Positions 19,388 to 29,282 of a stretch of 64,000 nucleotides of DNA are shown here, piece after piece (the stretch's first letter is position 1; every line of letters begins with the position of its first letter). The stretch covers positions 71,269 to 135,268 of the forward strand of contig CACJPG010000001.1 of the NCBI GenBank assembly GCA_902595225.1. Direction: 5' to 3'. This DNA comes from an uncultured Thiothrix sp. GTDB taxonomy: Bacteria > Pseudomonadota > Gammaproteobacteria > Poriferisulfidales > GCA-002705445. A program made the position numbers and the translations under genes. Under the pieces are notes generated by a model. It was not told the DNA's origin, did no database searches, and saw only the letters and a list, made by a program, of their open reading frames with translations.

Positions 19388-19813
19388 ATGCCCTTAGATA
19401 AATATCCAAAAAATGACGAACAAATTATTCAATGGAATAACTATATAAATTCAAAGAAAATATATCCAATAGAATTATTAATTAATAAAAAAAATAAAAA
19501 TTATGAGCATTTACAAAAAATATTCAAAACGCTAATATTAGATGAAATAAGCCCAGAAAACTTTATAAAAGTCTACATAAAGGCAAAAACTAAAAATGAT
19601 ATTGTATTCTTTATTAGAACAATGACAGATCTTTTTTTATCACACAAAGTTAATAAATCTTTAAGCGAAGGACAATCTATTAAATCTGCAAGGACGCAAA
19701 CAGTCGCACGACTATTATGTCTATCTTTTGGTAGCCCTCAAAAAACTGATAATGAAAACTTTAAACATTTAAAAAAAATCGTAAGAGAAAATACTAAGGA
19801 AATGAGAATCTAA
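19388..19813 (+). CDS. Hypothetical protein
   Basis: 141-aa ORF filling the gap; no recognised motif. Confidence 0.6.
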   Translation: MPLDKYPKNDEQIIQWNNYINSKKIYPIELLINKKNKNYEHLQKIFKTLILDEISPENFIKVYIKAKTKNDIVFFIRTMTDLFLSHKVNKSLSEGQSIKSARTQTVARLLCLSFGSPQKTDNENFKHLKKIVRENTKEMRI

Positions 19814-21045
19814 TTATACATATAATCTCTAGTTAATGGTACGGTATCAATTTTTTTTGATAATAATATATGAAACACAACATTATTATTATATATAAAA
19901 GAATATTGGCATGATGCTAGATAATATTCCCACATTCGTATAAATTCTTCATTAAACATATCTAGAACTTCTGCTCTACTATCTAAAAAATTATTTTTCC
20001 AATGATTTAATGTTTTTGCGTAATGAGTTCTCCATATTTCAAGATCACTAATCAATAATCTTGAGTTTTCAATTACTGGAGAAATCTCTGATAATGTTGG
20101 AACATATCCTCCAGGAAATATATATTTTGTTATCCAAGGCTCAACTGGTCGGGGAGTTCCAAGACTGCCTATAGTATGTAAAAGTGCAATACCATTAGTT
20201 TTGAGAAGACTATTAATTTTATTAAAAAAAGTTTGATAATATTCTCTTCCTACATGTTCAAACATGCCGACAGATACAATACGATCAAAAGACTCACTAA
20301 CATCTCTATAATCCATTAATCTAAACTCAACTAAATTATTTACGTCCTGACTTTCTGCGTAAGTCTTACTATGTGCAAGTTGATTTTCAGATAAAGTAAT
20401 ACCTAGAACATTCGCTCCGGTTTGTTTTGCAATCTCTACACTAAGTCCGCCCCATCCAGAACCAATATCGAGAACTTTACAATCTGAATTAATTTTTAGC
20501 TTTTTAATAATAAATTTTATTTTATTATTTTGAGCCTCTTCTAGTGAATTTTTTTCATTTATAAAATAGCCGCAAGAATATTGCATTTTCTTATCTAAAA
20601 ATATTTTGTATAAATCGTCTGAAATATCATAATGATGCGCAACATTTTTTTTAGAATTAATAATACTATTTCTTTTTAAAAAACTTTTAAAATTCTGAAA
20701 AAGTTTTATGAAATAGAATTCCTTAAAAACTGAACTTTTATTATTAACATTTTTTAAAATAATCTCGAGAAAATCTGAAATATCACCATTATGTATTTTA
20801 ATCTTATTCTTCATGTAAGCTTCGCCAAAATATAGCCCTGGAAATAAAACTATTTTTCCATACAAGCTTTTATCTAAAATTTTAATGTTTAATGATTTTT
20901 CAGTGACTTCTGAAATTTTATATTTTTTATTATCATGACTTATAAGAGTAAATCCATTATCAACTACTAATTCTCTTAAAAATTTAATTAAAATTTTTAA
21001 GAAGATATTACTATATAAATTTGAGAAAAAATTTAACATAAACAT
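19810..21045 (-). CDS. cfa: Second Cfa-family fatty acyl phospholipid methyltransferase / cyclopropane synthase
   Basis: NVAHHYDIS, MQYSCGYF, LDIGSGWGG, VSVGMFEHVG, YIFPGGY. Confidence 0.88.
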   Translation of the reverse strand: MFMLNFFSNLYSNIFLKILIKFLRELVVDNGFTLISHDNKKYKISEVTEKSLNIKILDKSLYGKIVLFPGLYFGEAYMKNKIKIHNGDISDFLEIILKNVNNKSSVFKEFYFIKLFQNFKSFLKRNSIINSKKNVAHHYDISDDLYKIFLDKKMQYSCGYFINEKNSLEEAQNNKIKFIIKKLKINSDCKVLDIGSGWGGLSVEIAKQTGANVLGITLSENQLAHSKTYAESQDVNNLVEFRLMDYRDVSESFDRIVSVGMFEHVGREYYQTFFNKINSLLKTNGIALLHTIGSLGTPRPVEPWITKYIFPGGYVPTLSEISPVIENSRLLISDLEIWRTHYAKTLNHWKNNFLDSRAEVLDMFNEEFIRMWEYYLASCQYSFIYNNNVVFHILLSKKIDTVPLTRDYMYN

Positions 21046-21170
21046 AATTTACTCATACTGAAGACTTAATTCACAAAATGTTCAGTTTTATATATTTATA
21101 CTAGAATATATCATCTTTTATATGTTAACTATTAATTTTTAAGGTACTATGCTTCCTTATAAGGTGACCT

Positions 21171-21461
21171 ATGAATCACATAATTGATACTATAAATTGG
21201 ATTAAAAAGGACTATAAATCATACCCGGTAAGATTTTCTGCTGAAGTAATCGCTTGGGCCATAACTATCGGCTGTTCTGTAGTTATGGCTTTAACCGTCC
21301 CAAATCCACCTCTTTTTGAATTATATATCGTTTGGATTATTGGTTGCGTAATTTATACTTGGGCTGCTTGGACACGCGGATCTTTTGGTATGCTTGCTAA
21401 TTATATTGCTTTAACACTAATAGACAGTTTTGGTCTATACAGAATTATTATTTCAACATAG
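21171..21461 (+). CDS. Hypothetical 3-TM membrane protein
   Basis: AAGGTG RBS; three hydrophobic helices; TVPNPPL and SFGMLANY. Confidence 0.8.
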   Translation: MNHIIDTINWIKKDYKSYPVRFSAEVIAWAITIGCSVVMALTVPNPPLFELYIVWIIGCVIYTWAAWTRGSFGMLANYIALTLIDSFGLYRIIIST

Positions 21462-21792
21462 ATTTAATCAGCTCTGGAGGCCTTCCAACGATAGCTTTGT
21501 CACTTGATACAAGTATAGGCCTCTCTATTAAAATTGGATATTCAATAAGCAGTGAAATAATTTCATCATCTGACATATCATCAAATTTTAACCCCTCTTC
21601 CTTTATAACTTTTTCATTTTTTCTTATTAAATCTTGAGGCTTCATTTTTAGTTTTTTGATCAAATTCTTAATCTCTGAAAAACTTAAATCTTCCGAAAGG
21701 TATAATTTAATTTTGTAATCTTTTTTGCTTTCTTCTAAAAGCTCAAGTCCTTTTCTTGATTTGCTGCATCTTGGATTATGATAGTAAATCAT
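21448..21792 (-). CDS. arsC: ArsC-family (glutaredoxin-dependent arsenate reductase) protein
   Basis: YHNPRCSKSR, LIERPI, GRPPE. Confidence 0.88.
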   Translation of the reverse strand: MIYYHNPRCSKSRKGLELLEESKKDYKIKLYLSEDLSFSEIKNLIKKLKMKPQDLIRKNEKVIKEEGLKFDDMSDDEIISLLIEYPILIERPILVSSDKAIVGRPPELIKSMLK

Positions 21793-21821
21793 AAATGATT
21801 CTTACCTATTATTGTAGTAAA

Positions 21822-21897
<76 letters not shown>

Positions 21898-21936
21898 CCA
21901 GAAAGTGCATGATTTTGAGGTGGATTATGACTAAAG

Positions 21937-23319
21937 TCAAGTAACCAAAGATTTTGCAACTCCTATTCGTTGTATACAAGATTTTTTACCCAATAAAAAC
22001 ATTGTCTTATCTATTGAAGGCGAGGAAAGCGAGCCAGTAAGAAGAACCCTAACTGGCTTTGCAAACTCGGGGAGTTTAAGGCCAAGATCTACCATAGCGT
22101 TTTCTACAAGATCGTTAACAGCCTCTAATGTCCAATTATTCTGGTTTTCTAAACTTTTTAAAAGATAATCGAAAATCGGAAGGTTATCTTTAGTAATAAA
22201 CTTGTCCCTTAGCTTTTCATCAATTTGCACTTTATCAGATATAAAAAATTTACTTTCATCTGCAATTTCACGAATCGTTTTACATCTATCTCTTTGAGCA
22301 TCAATAATCTCTAATATTTTTTCTTCACCAAGTGCTTCAAACTCATTTGATATGTATAAAAATTCCTTATATAAATCATATACTTCTGACTCTTTTATAA
22401 AATATTTATTAATATTATAAAGTTTTTTATAATCAAAAATAGAAGATGATTTATTCAATTTTTCAAGATTAAACAGATGAATTAACTCTTCAATGGTAAA
22501 TTTTTCTTTGTCACCACTTGCCCAGCCTAATCTTGCTAAGTAATTGATCATTGCCAGTGGAAGGAAACCTTCTTTTCTAAAATCATAAGTGCTTGTGGCA
22601 CCATGTCTTTTCGATAACCTTTTTCTATCCTCTCCTAAAATCAAAGGTATATGTGTGTATATTGGTCTATCAATTCCTAATGCGTCAATAATATGCGCCT
22701 GCCTAAAGGTATTATTTACATGGTCATCTCCTCTAATTACATTTGTAACCATCATATCTACATCATCCACAACTACCGTAAGATTATATGTTGGTGAGCC
22801 ATCAGCTCTTTGAATAATTAGGTCATCTAATTCCTCATTATTGACTGTAACTTCACCTTTTAAAGTATCTTTTATACAAATTTTACCATCTAAAGGTGTT
22901 TTAAAGCGTACCACCGAGCCTGGCTCATTATCTAAATTTTTATCTCTATTTCTTCCATCATACTTAGGCTTTATGCCTTTTTCCTGTTGCTCTTGTCTAA
23001 GAAAATCAAGTTCTTTTTTTGTACAATTACAATAATATGCTAGATTTTTTTCAAGTAATTTATCAATTATTTCCTTGTACCTGTCTTCTCTGTCGCTTTG
23101 GTATATTACTTCTTTATCAGGATTTATTCCAAGCCATTCCAGAGAGTCTAGAATATTCTCGACATACTTCATTTCTGATCTTGCTTTGTCTGTATCCTCA
23201 ATCCTCAGGAGAAATAAGCCGTCATTACTCTTCGCAAAAAGCCAATTGAAAAGAGCAGTTCTAGCACCGCCAATATGCAAGTATCCTGTCGGGCTTGGAG
23301 CAAATCTTGTTATAACCAT
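21937..23319 (-). CDS. gltX: Glutamate--tRNA ligase (likely ATG at 23319; ORF open to 23370)
   Basis: TRFAPSPTGYLHIGGART, LRIEDTD, RLSKRHGA. Confidence 0.97.
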   Translation of the reverse strand: MVITRFAPSPTGYLHIGGARTALFNWLFAKSNDGLFLLRIEDTDKARSEMKYVENILDSLEWLGINPDKEVIYQSDREDRYKEIIDKLLEKNLAYYCNCTKKELDFLRQEQQEKGIKPKYDGRNRDKNLDNEPGSVVRFKTPLDGKICIKDTLKGEVTVNNEELDDLIIQRADGSPTYNLTVVVDDVDMMVTNVIRGDDHVNNTFRQAHIIDALGIDRPIYTHIPLILGEDRKRLSKRHGATSTYDFRKEGFLPLAMINYLARLGWASGDKEKFTIEELIHLFNLEKLNKSSSIFDYKKLYNINKYFIKESEVYDLYKEFLYISNEFEALGEEKILEIIDAQRDRCKTIREIADESKFFISDKVQIDEKLRDKFITKDNLPIFDYLLKSLENQNNWTLEAVNDLVENAMVDLGLKLPEFAKPVRVLLTGSLSSPSIDKTMFLLGKKSCIQRIGVAKSLVT

Positions 23320-23390
23320 TATTATTACCTTGAAAAATAAGTATAAGGACTGTATTTTAATTTCTTTCAATCATAGATTGTAATCATATT

Positions 23391-24512
23391 ATGTTAATTG
23401 ATGAATATAAAGCCCTCAGTGCTAGGAATGATTTTTTTTTAGATGCTGAGCAAGAAAAAGCTATTAACAAATTTCAAGAACTTTACAACAAGATTATAGG
23501 TCTAAAGGGTTCAAGTAATTCTATATTAGGCAATATAGGGTTAAATCTTTTTAACAGTAGCTCAAAAAAGACTGGTAAAGGAATATATCTTCACGGAGGT
23601 GTTGGAATTGGAAAAACTTTTATAATGGATATGTTTTATAAGGAACTTCCGATAAATAATAAAAAAAGAATACACTTTCATAGATTTATGAATGATATTC
23701 ATGAAAAACTCAATAATATAAAAAATATAGAAAACCCAATAGATCTAGTTGCAAATGAAATATCAAATAATATACAAGTTTTATGCTTAGATGAATTTAT
23801 AATAAATGATATTGCAGATGCAATGATTCTTGGTGAACTTCTAAAAGGTTTATTTGCAAATAATGTTATTGTTATTTTTACATCAAATACCGAGCCAAAA
23901 AATTTGTACAAGGACGGATTACAAAGAGAAAAATTCTTATATGCAATAGATTTAATTGAAAAACATACTGAAGTTATTCATTTGCAAGGCAAAAAGGACT
24001 ATAGACTTCTAAAATTTGGCAATGTTAGAACCTACCATTATCCTTGTAATGATCAATCTGACATAAATATGCAACAATATTTCTCTTCAATATCTCCTGA
24101 TTGGTTTAATTGGTTTACAAGGAAACCTGTATTTGAGGGAGCAACAATAAGAATTAATGATAGAGATATTGATGTAAGATTTTTATCGTCAAACACAGTA
24201 TGGTTTAAATTTAAAGTTATTTGTGGAAATGGGCGATCACAAAATGATTATATAGAAATATCAAAAATATATAAAAATGTTTTTATATCTGATGTACCAA
24301 AATTAAATGAATCTTATATCGATGAAGCTAGAAGATTTATAAACTTGATTGATGAATTTTACGATAGACATGTTAAAGTAATTATCTCTGCAGAAACTTC
24401 AATAGAAGACCTTTGTAATATTAAAAAAATTAATAATGATTTTAAGAGGACAAAAAGTAGATTAAAAGAAATGCAATCAGATGAATATATGAAAAAACAA
24501 CATAAACAATAA
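23391..24512 (+). CDS. zapE: AFG1-family ATPase ZapE
   Basis: GIYLHGGVGIGKT, HFHRFM, LCLDEF..DIADAM, RRFINLIDEFYD. Confidence 0.92.
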   Translation: MLIDEYKALSARNDFFLDAEQEKAINKFQELYNKIIGLKGSSNSILGNIGLNLFNSSSKKTGKGIYLHGGVGIGKTFIMDMFYKELPINNKKRIHFHRFMNDIHEKLNNIKNIENPIDLVANEISNNIQVLCLDEFIINDIADAMILGELLKGLFANNVIVIFTSNTEPKNLYKDGLQREKFLYAIDLIEKHTEVIHLQGKKDYRLLKFGNVRTYHYPCNDQSDINMQQYFSSISPDWFNWFTRKPVFEGATIRINDRDIDVRFLSSNTVWFKFKVICGNGRSQNDYIEISKIYKNVFISDVPKLNESYIDEARRFINLIDEFYDRHVKVIISAETSIEDLCNIKKINNDFKRTKSRLKEMQSDEYMKKQHKQ

Positions 24513-24526
24513 TTATAGGGGTGATA

Positions 24527-25504
24527 ATGAATAAACCAGTAAATGTTTCAATAACAGGAGCTGCAGGAAATATTGCTTATTCAGCGATTTTTAGAATAGC
24601 TTCAGGCCAAATGCTTGGAAATGATCAACCAATTAATCTAAAGCTGATCGATATTGAGCCAGCAATGAATGCATTGAAAGGTGTAAAGTTTGAATTAGAA
24701 GACTGTGCATTTCCATTGTTAAATTCTATTACAGTTACTCATGATCTAGGTGAGGGTTTTGGCGATTGTGATTATGCCCTTTTAATAGGAGCAAAGCCAC
24801 GTTCAAAAGGAATGGAAAGGAAAGATCTTCTCAAAGATAATGGGAAAATCTTTCAACCTCAAGGCAAGGCTTTGAACAATAATGCCAAATCTTCTGTAAA
24901 GGTTCTGGTTGTAGGAAATCCTGCAAATACAAACGCTTTAATAGCAATGCACAATGCGCCAAATATTGATCCTCATCAATTCACCTCCATGATGAGATTA
25001 GATCATGATCGTTCAAAGGCCCAAGTTGCATTGAAATATAAAGTACAAATTAATGATGTGAAAAAAATTATTGTTTGGGGTAATCATTCAAATACGCAAG
25101 TACCTGATTTATCAAAGACAGAGGTAAAAGGTGAAGAGATTAAAGAAGTCATGAATACTGATTGGTATGTAAATGAGTTTATGCCAAGAATTCAAAAACG
25201 TGGTGCAGAGATTATAGAAGCAAGAGGTTTGTCCTCAGCTGCATCTGCCGCAAATGCAGCTGTCTCACACATGAGGGACTGGGCAGCAGGAAGCAGTGAT
25301 TGGCTAAGTATAGGTCAAATTTCAAACAATAATACATTTGGTATTACAAACAATATAATGTTCTCATTTCCATCTAGATGTAGCGGCGGAGTTTTTGAGA
25401 TAGTAAATGAATTAGAAATGTCAGATTCAATTGAGAGTCTAATAAAAAAAACCGAATCTGAATTAGTTCAAGAAAGAGATTCTGTATTAGAATTATTGAA
25501 ATAA
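24527..25504 (+). CDS. mdh: Malate dehydrogenase (type 2)
   Basis: [39 protein letters not shown]. Confidence 0.95.
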   Translation: MNKPVNVSITGAAGNIAYSAIFRIASGQMLGNDQPINLKLIDIEPAMNALKGVKFELEDCAFPLLNSITVTHDLGEGFGDCDYALLIGAKPRSKGMERKDLLKDNGKIFQPQGKALNNNAKSSVKVLVVGNPANTNALIAMHNAPNIDPHQFTSMMRLDHDRSKAQVALKYKVQINDVKKIIVWGNHSNTQVPDLSKTEVKGEEIKEVMNTDWYVNEFMPRIQKRGAEIIEARGLSSAASAANAAVSHMRDWAAGSSDWLSIGQISNNNTFGITNNIMFSFPSRCSGGVFEIVNELEMSDSIESLIKKTESELVQERDSVLELLK

Positions 25505-25509
25505 ATTTA

Positions 25510-25555
25510 TATTATCCCTAAAGCTTTATTTGTTATATAGAACTTTAGGGTAATA
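25510..25555. terminator. Inverted repeat between convergent mdh and hydrolase genes, possible bidirectional terminator
   Basis: TATTA(T)CCCTAAAG ... CTTTAGGGTAATA: 13-bp stem with a 1-nt bulge and a long loop. Confidence 0.5.
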
Positions 25556-25567
25556 GCATTTAACAAA

Positions 25568-26434
25568 TTACAGATTAACCCCTTCCCATTCAGTTATAAA
25601 GTCTTCGATATATGCTGATACAACATCTGGTCTATCCTCTTGAGACCAATGACCTGCTCTCTCGATAAATTGTAATCTTACTGGTCCGCCAATATCTTGT
25701 TTTAGTCTTTCACCAGATTCTTTTGGCATCCAAGCATCATGTAGAGCCCAAAAAACTGCTGTTGGGCAAGTTATTTTCTTATGATCAACTGCCAGTGTTT
25801 CAGCATTAGTTGGTTGCGAACAAATTTTTACTAAAGACTTAAAGCCATGTAAGCCATCACGACCCCAATGGCATAAATAATTTTCTTTAACATTTTTATC
25901 AGTAAATGCGATCTTATCATGACTACCTGTTCGCATTAGACCAGCGAACTGTGCGACCGCACCAGGCATTGCAGCAGCAAGAACATCATCGCTAGCTCCC
26001 ACTAAACCATTAAAGGCTTCAACCTCCAAAACGGGCCAGTAATCATAAGCAACTGGGTTTAATAATACTAATCTGCTTATATAATCACAGTATTTCGAAG
26101 CAAAAATTTGACAAACTCCCCCACCATGATCATGACCTACAAGAATAACTTTACCTTTAATTCCTAGTTCTTCAATTACTCCCTTGATTGCTTCTGCTTG
26201 ATTATTAAAAGTGTGTTCAAAATCATCCAACGGCATAGAAGACTGACCATATCCAACCATATCCATGGCATATGAGTGAAACTTATTTTCCAAGTTTTTT
26301 TGAACATGTCTCCAAAGTCTTGCATTTGTTGGAATGCCATGAACAAAAAGAATTGGAGCGCCTTTGTTGCCTTTCCCATACTCCTCAAGATGAATCTCTA
26401 AGTCCTGATCGCACGCTTTAATTTTTACCTTCAT
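25568..26434 (-). CDS. Alpha/beta hydrolase of the epoxide hydrolase / haloalkane dehalogenase superfamily
   Basis: HGIP oxyanion motif, DMVGYGQS, nucleophile GHDHGG, AGHWSQED; GGGGAG RBS before ATG 26434. Confidence 0.85.
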   Translation of the reverse strand: MKVKIKACDQDLEIHLEEYGKGNKGAPILFVHGIPTNARLWRHVQKNLENKFHSYAMDMVGYGQSSMPLDDFEHTFNNQAEAIKGVIEELGIKGKVILVGHDHGGGVCQIFASKYCDYISRLVLLNPVAYDYWPVLEVEAFNGLVGASDDVLAAAMPGAVAQFAGLMRTGSHDKIAFTDKNVKENYLCHWGRDGLHGFKSLVKICSQPTNAETLAVDHKKITCPTAVFWALHDAWMPKESGERLKQDIGGPVRLQFIERAGHWSQEDRPDVVSAYIEDFITEWEGVNL

Positions 26435-26516
26435 TAGATTTTCTCCCCACAAAACATTGTTTTTATTTATATTTATGTTTATATATTACATATTTTATTA
26501 AATAACTCAAATAAGC

Positions 26517-26957
26517 ATGATATACGCTATTTCTGCAATTATACTTGTTTTTTCAATTATTTATATATTGAGAAGATTTAAAAACAACTCTCAAAGAATA
26601 TTTTTCTTATTAGCAATTATTGTAATTGCCTTAGTTTTGACCGGAAGAGCTCACTGGATATCAGCATTGGTTGTTGCTCTTATACCTTTAGCCAAAAAAC
26701 TATTTCTAATTTTAAGGTATCTTCCACTCATTAGACGATTCACATCTTATTATAAACAGAGTAATAAGAATCAAAGAAGTCAAAACATGTCAGCTCAAGA
26801 GGCAGCAGAAATTTTAGGCGTTGATGAAAATGCATCAGATGAAGAAATAATCTTTGCTCATAAAAAAGCCATGCAAAAAAATCATCCTGATAAAGGAGGG
26901 TCAAAAGAAATGGCATCGAAGATCAATGCTGCAAAAGATAGATTGCTAAACAAATAA
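26517..26957 (+). CDS. Membrane-anchored J-domain protein (Pam18/Tim14-like)
   Basis: N-terminal TM segments; MSAQEAAEILGV...NHPDKGGS...KINAAKD. Confidence 0.88.
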   Translation: MIYAISAIILVFSIIYILRRFKNNSQRIFFLLAIIVIALVLTGRAHWISALVVALIPLAKKLFLILRYLPLIRRFTSYYKQSNKNQRSQNMSAQEAAEILGVDENASDEEIIFAHKKAMQKNHPDKGGSKEMASKINAAKDRLLNK

Positions 26958-26967
26958 CTTAATAATG

Positions 26968-27717
26968 CTATTCACAAACTTTGCAACCTGGGTTATTACT
27001 AGTTTTTATAATGTCTACTGAAAGATTAAGCCCATTAACAATGAATAATTTCTTATCAAATGAAGATTTATTACCTGTTATAATATTTATGCATTCCATA
27101 GCCATCATTGAACTTATCATACCAACGAGAGGTGCTAATACTCCAGAGTCAGAGCAGCTATTTGTATCAATGAGATTTTCATATGTGCATTCATAACAAG
27201 GACTATCATTTGTTATCACTGAGGTAAGTTGGCCAGTATACCCTTCAACTGCTCCTATAATTAACTTTCTCTTATTCTTAACACAAGCTTTATTTATAAT
27301 TTTTCTAACTTCAAAATTGTCAGTACCATCAAGTACAATATCGGAATTTTTTATAATTTCTTCAACGTCAGTCAAAGTTTCAATCTTTTTTTTAAATTTT
27401 TTTATTTGTAAATTTTTAAATTTATTATTTAAGAAATTTTCAATAGAATCTACTTTCAGTGAGCCTACATCTTCAGAAGAAAAATTAATTTGTCTTTGTA
27501 AGTTTGTCTCTTCAACAACATCAAAATCAACAATATTTATCTTTTTTATTCCAGAGGACGCAATATAAGTCGAAAGTAAATTACCTAAACCGCCTAGGCC
27601 AAATATTGTTACTTCTGCACAATTAAGTTTCTGTTGTCCTTCTATTCCGATTGTTGGCAGTAATATGTGTTTGGAGAAAAAAAGAAGATCTTTATCATTT
27701 AAATAACTAAATTCCAT
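26968..27717 (-). CDS. moeB: MoeB/ThiF-family adenylyltransferase
   Basis: GLGGLG, DFDVVEETNLQRQ, DGTDNF, CYEC and CKVC; near mobAB. Confidence 0.82.
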   Translation of the reverse strand: MEFSYLNDKDLLFFSKHILLPTIGIEGQQKLNCAEVTIFGLGGLGNLLSTYIASSGIKKINIVDFDVVEETNLQRQINFSSEDVGSLKVDSIENFLNNKFKNLQIKKFKKKIETLTDVEEIIKNSDIVLDGTDNFEVRKIINKACVKNKRKLIIGAVEGYTGQLTSVITNDSPCYECTYENLIDTNSCSDSGVLAPLVGMISSMMAMECINIITGNKSSFDKKLFIVNGLNLSVDIIKTSNNPGCKVCE

Positions 27718-27719
27718 AT

Positions 27720-28019
27720 TTATTTTTTCTTTGCATTAAACTTATCAAGTTGTTCCTTTGTTGCTTCTTTTTGATATTTCTTTTTCCATTCATCATATGG
27801 CATCCCATAAACAATCTCTCTTGCTTCATCATATGATATTTCAATACCCTTTTCTTTAGCTGCTGAAACATACCATTTTGATAAACAATTTCTACAAAAG
27901 TCTGCAAGATTCATCAACTCAATATTTTGAACTTCCGTTTTATCTTGTAAGTGTTTAATTAATGTAATAAACACATCTGACTGGATTTCCATCTTTAAAC
28001 TATTATTGATATCATTCAT
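27720..28019 (-). CDS. DUF1244 family protein
   Basis: VQNIELMNLADFCRNCLSKWY, VYGMPYDEWK. Confidence 0.9.
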   Translation of the reverse strand: MNDINNSLKMEIQSDVFITLIKHLQDKTEVQNIELMNLADFCRNCLSKWYVSAAKEKGIEISYDEAREIVYGMPYDEWKKKYQKEATKEQLDKFNAKKK

Positions 28020-28085
28020 AATAATATAACTCCATTATTTTTAAGCTTATTCTATTATAAGATATTATTTTAATTTTCTACAGAG

Positions 28086-28673
28086 GTGTTTGTGATTTGT
28101 AAAGATGATCTTACAATTGGTATTTTAGCTGGAGGCAAAGCGACAAGAATGGGTAATAATGATAAAGGCCTAATAAATGTCGGCGGAACTCCATTTGTTG
28201 AAATCCTTATTAATAAAATTATTCCTCACTCAAAAGATATCATCATTAACGCTAACAGAAATATTTCTCAATACAAAAAGTATAACTATCCTGTAGTTGA
28301 GGATGAGATTAAAGGCTTTAAAGGACCATTATCTGGTATATATTCAATGCTAAAAGCCACGAAAAAAGATTATCTTTTCACACTACCATGTGATTGCCCA
28401 AATTTCTCATGGGAAATTATTGAAACTTTTCTTAAGAATAAAAAAAGTAATGAGTTATGTATAGCGCATAATAATTTAAGATCACAGCCTGTATTTATGC
28501 TTATTTCAAAATTAAAACTAAAATCACTAGAAAACTACCTTAAAAATGGCGAAAGAAAAATAGACATATGGTATAAAAAAAATGGCTATGAATATATATA
28601 TTTTGATAAAAATTCAAACTTTTTTGAGAATATAAATACAATGGAGCAATTAAAAGAATATAATGAAAAATAA
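28086..28673 (+). CDS. mobA: Molybdenum cofactor guanylyltransferase
   Basis: ILAGGKATRMG, DKGL, GPLSGI, PCDCP, NINT. Confidence 0.93.
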   Translation: MFVICKDDLTIGILAGGKATRMGNNDKGLINVGGTPFVEILINKIIPHSKDIIINANRNISQYKKYNYPVVEDEIKGFKGPLSGIYSMLKATKKDYLFTLPCDCPNFSWEIIETFLKNKKSNELCIAHNNLRSQPVFMLISKLKLKSLENYLKNGERKIDIWYKKNGYEYIYFDKNSNFFENINTMEQLKEYNEK

Positions 28674-29181
28674 TAAAATAATTGGTTTCGCTGCTTTTAG
28701 TGGAACTGGCAAAACGACTTTAATAAAAAAGATTGTTGCCTTACTGAGTGAGAAAAATTATAAGGTTTCTGTTATAAAACATGCTCATCACGAGTTTGAT
28801 TTAGATAAACCTGGTAAAGATAGTTATGAAATTAGAAAGTCAGGAGCAGAAAATATCTTAATATCGTCTTCTAAAAGATGGGCCTTAATCCATGAGAATA
28901 AAGAAAATGATGAGTTGAAACTTGAAGACTTACTAAGCATACTTGAAAATATTAAAACTGACATAATTTTAGTTGAGGGCTTTAAAAAAGAAAATTTTCC
29001 CAAAATAGAACTTTATAGAAAAGATATAGGTAAAGAAATCCTTTTTTACAATGATAGTAATATTATTGCTATAGCTACTGATGAAAATATTAAAATAGAA
29101 AATAATATTCATAAGTTAAATCTAAATGATCCTCAGCAAATTGTTGATTACATAATAAATTTTTTGTCGTTAAATAAATAA
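28663..29181 (+). CDS. mobB: Molybdopterin-guanine dinucleotide biosynthesis protein B
   Basis: SGTGKTT, IKHAHH, PGKDS, LVEGFK. Confidence 0.93.
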   Translation: MKNNKIIGFAAFSGTGKTTLIKKIVALLSEKNYKVSVIKHAHHEFDLDKPGKDSYEIRKSGAENILISSSKRWALIHENKENDELKLEDLLSILENIKTDIILVEGFKKENFPKIELYRKDIGKEILFYNDSNIIAIATDENIKIENNIHKLNLNDPQQIVDYIINFLSLNK

Positions 29182-29213
29182 ATATTTAATAACTTATAAA
29201 AACAAGCTCTTTA

Positions 29214-29233
29214 TGCTATTATTAATAATAGCA
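29214..29233. promoter_or_regulatory. Perfect 20-bp palindrome upstream of gltA, candidate operator
   Basis: TGCTATTATTAATAATAGCA equals its own reverse complement; ends 49 nt before the gltA ATG. Confidence 0.5.
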
Positions 29234-29282
29234 ATTTGTGACGTTTTCGAATGTATTAACCTCTTAATTTATAAAAAGTTAT

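Noticed and set aside
21031-21058. Third XerD-arm match
   Set aside because: It overlaps the cfa start codons (ATG TTA AAT) and has no partner arm
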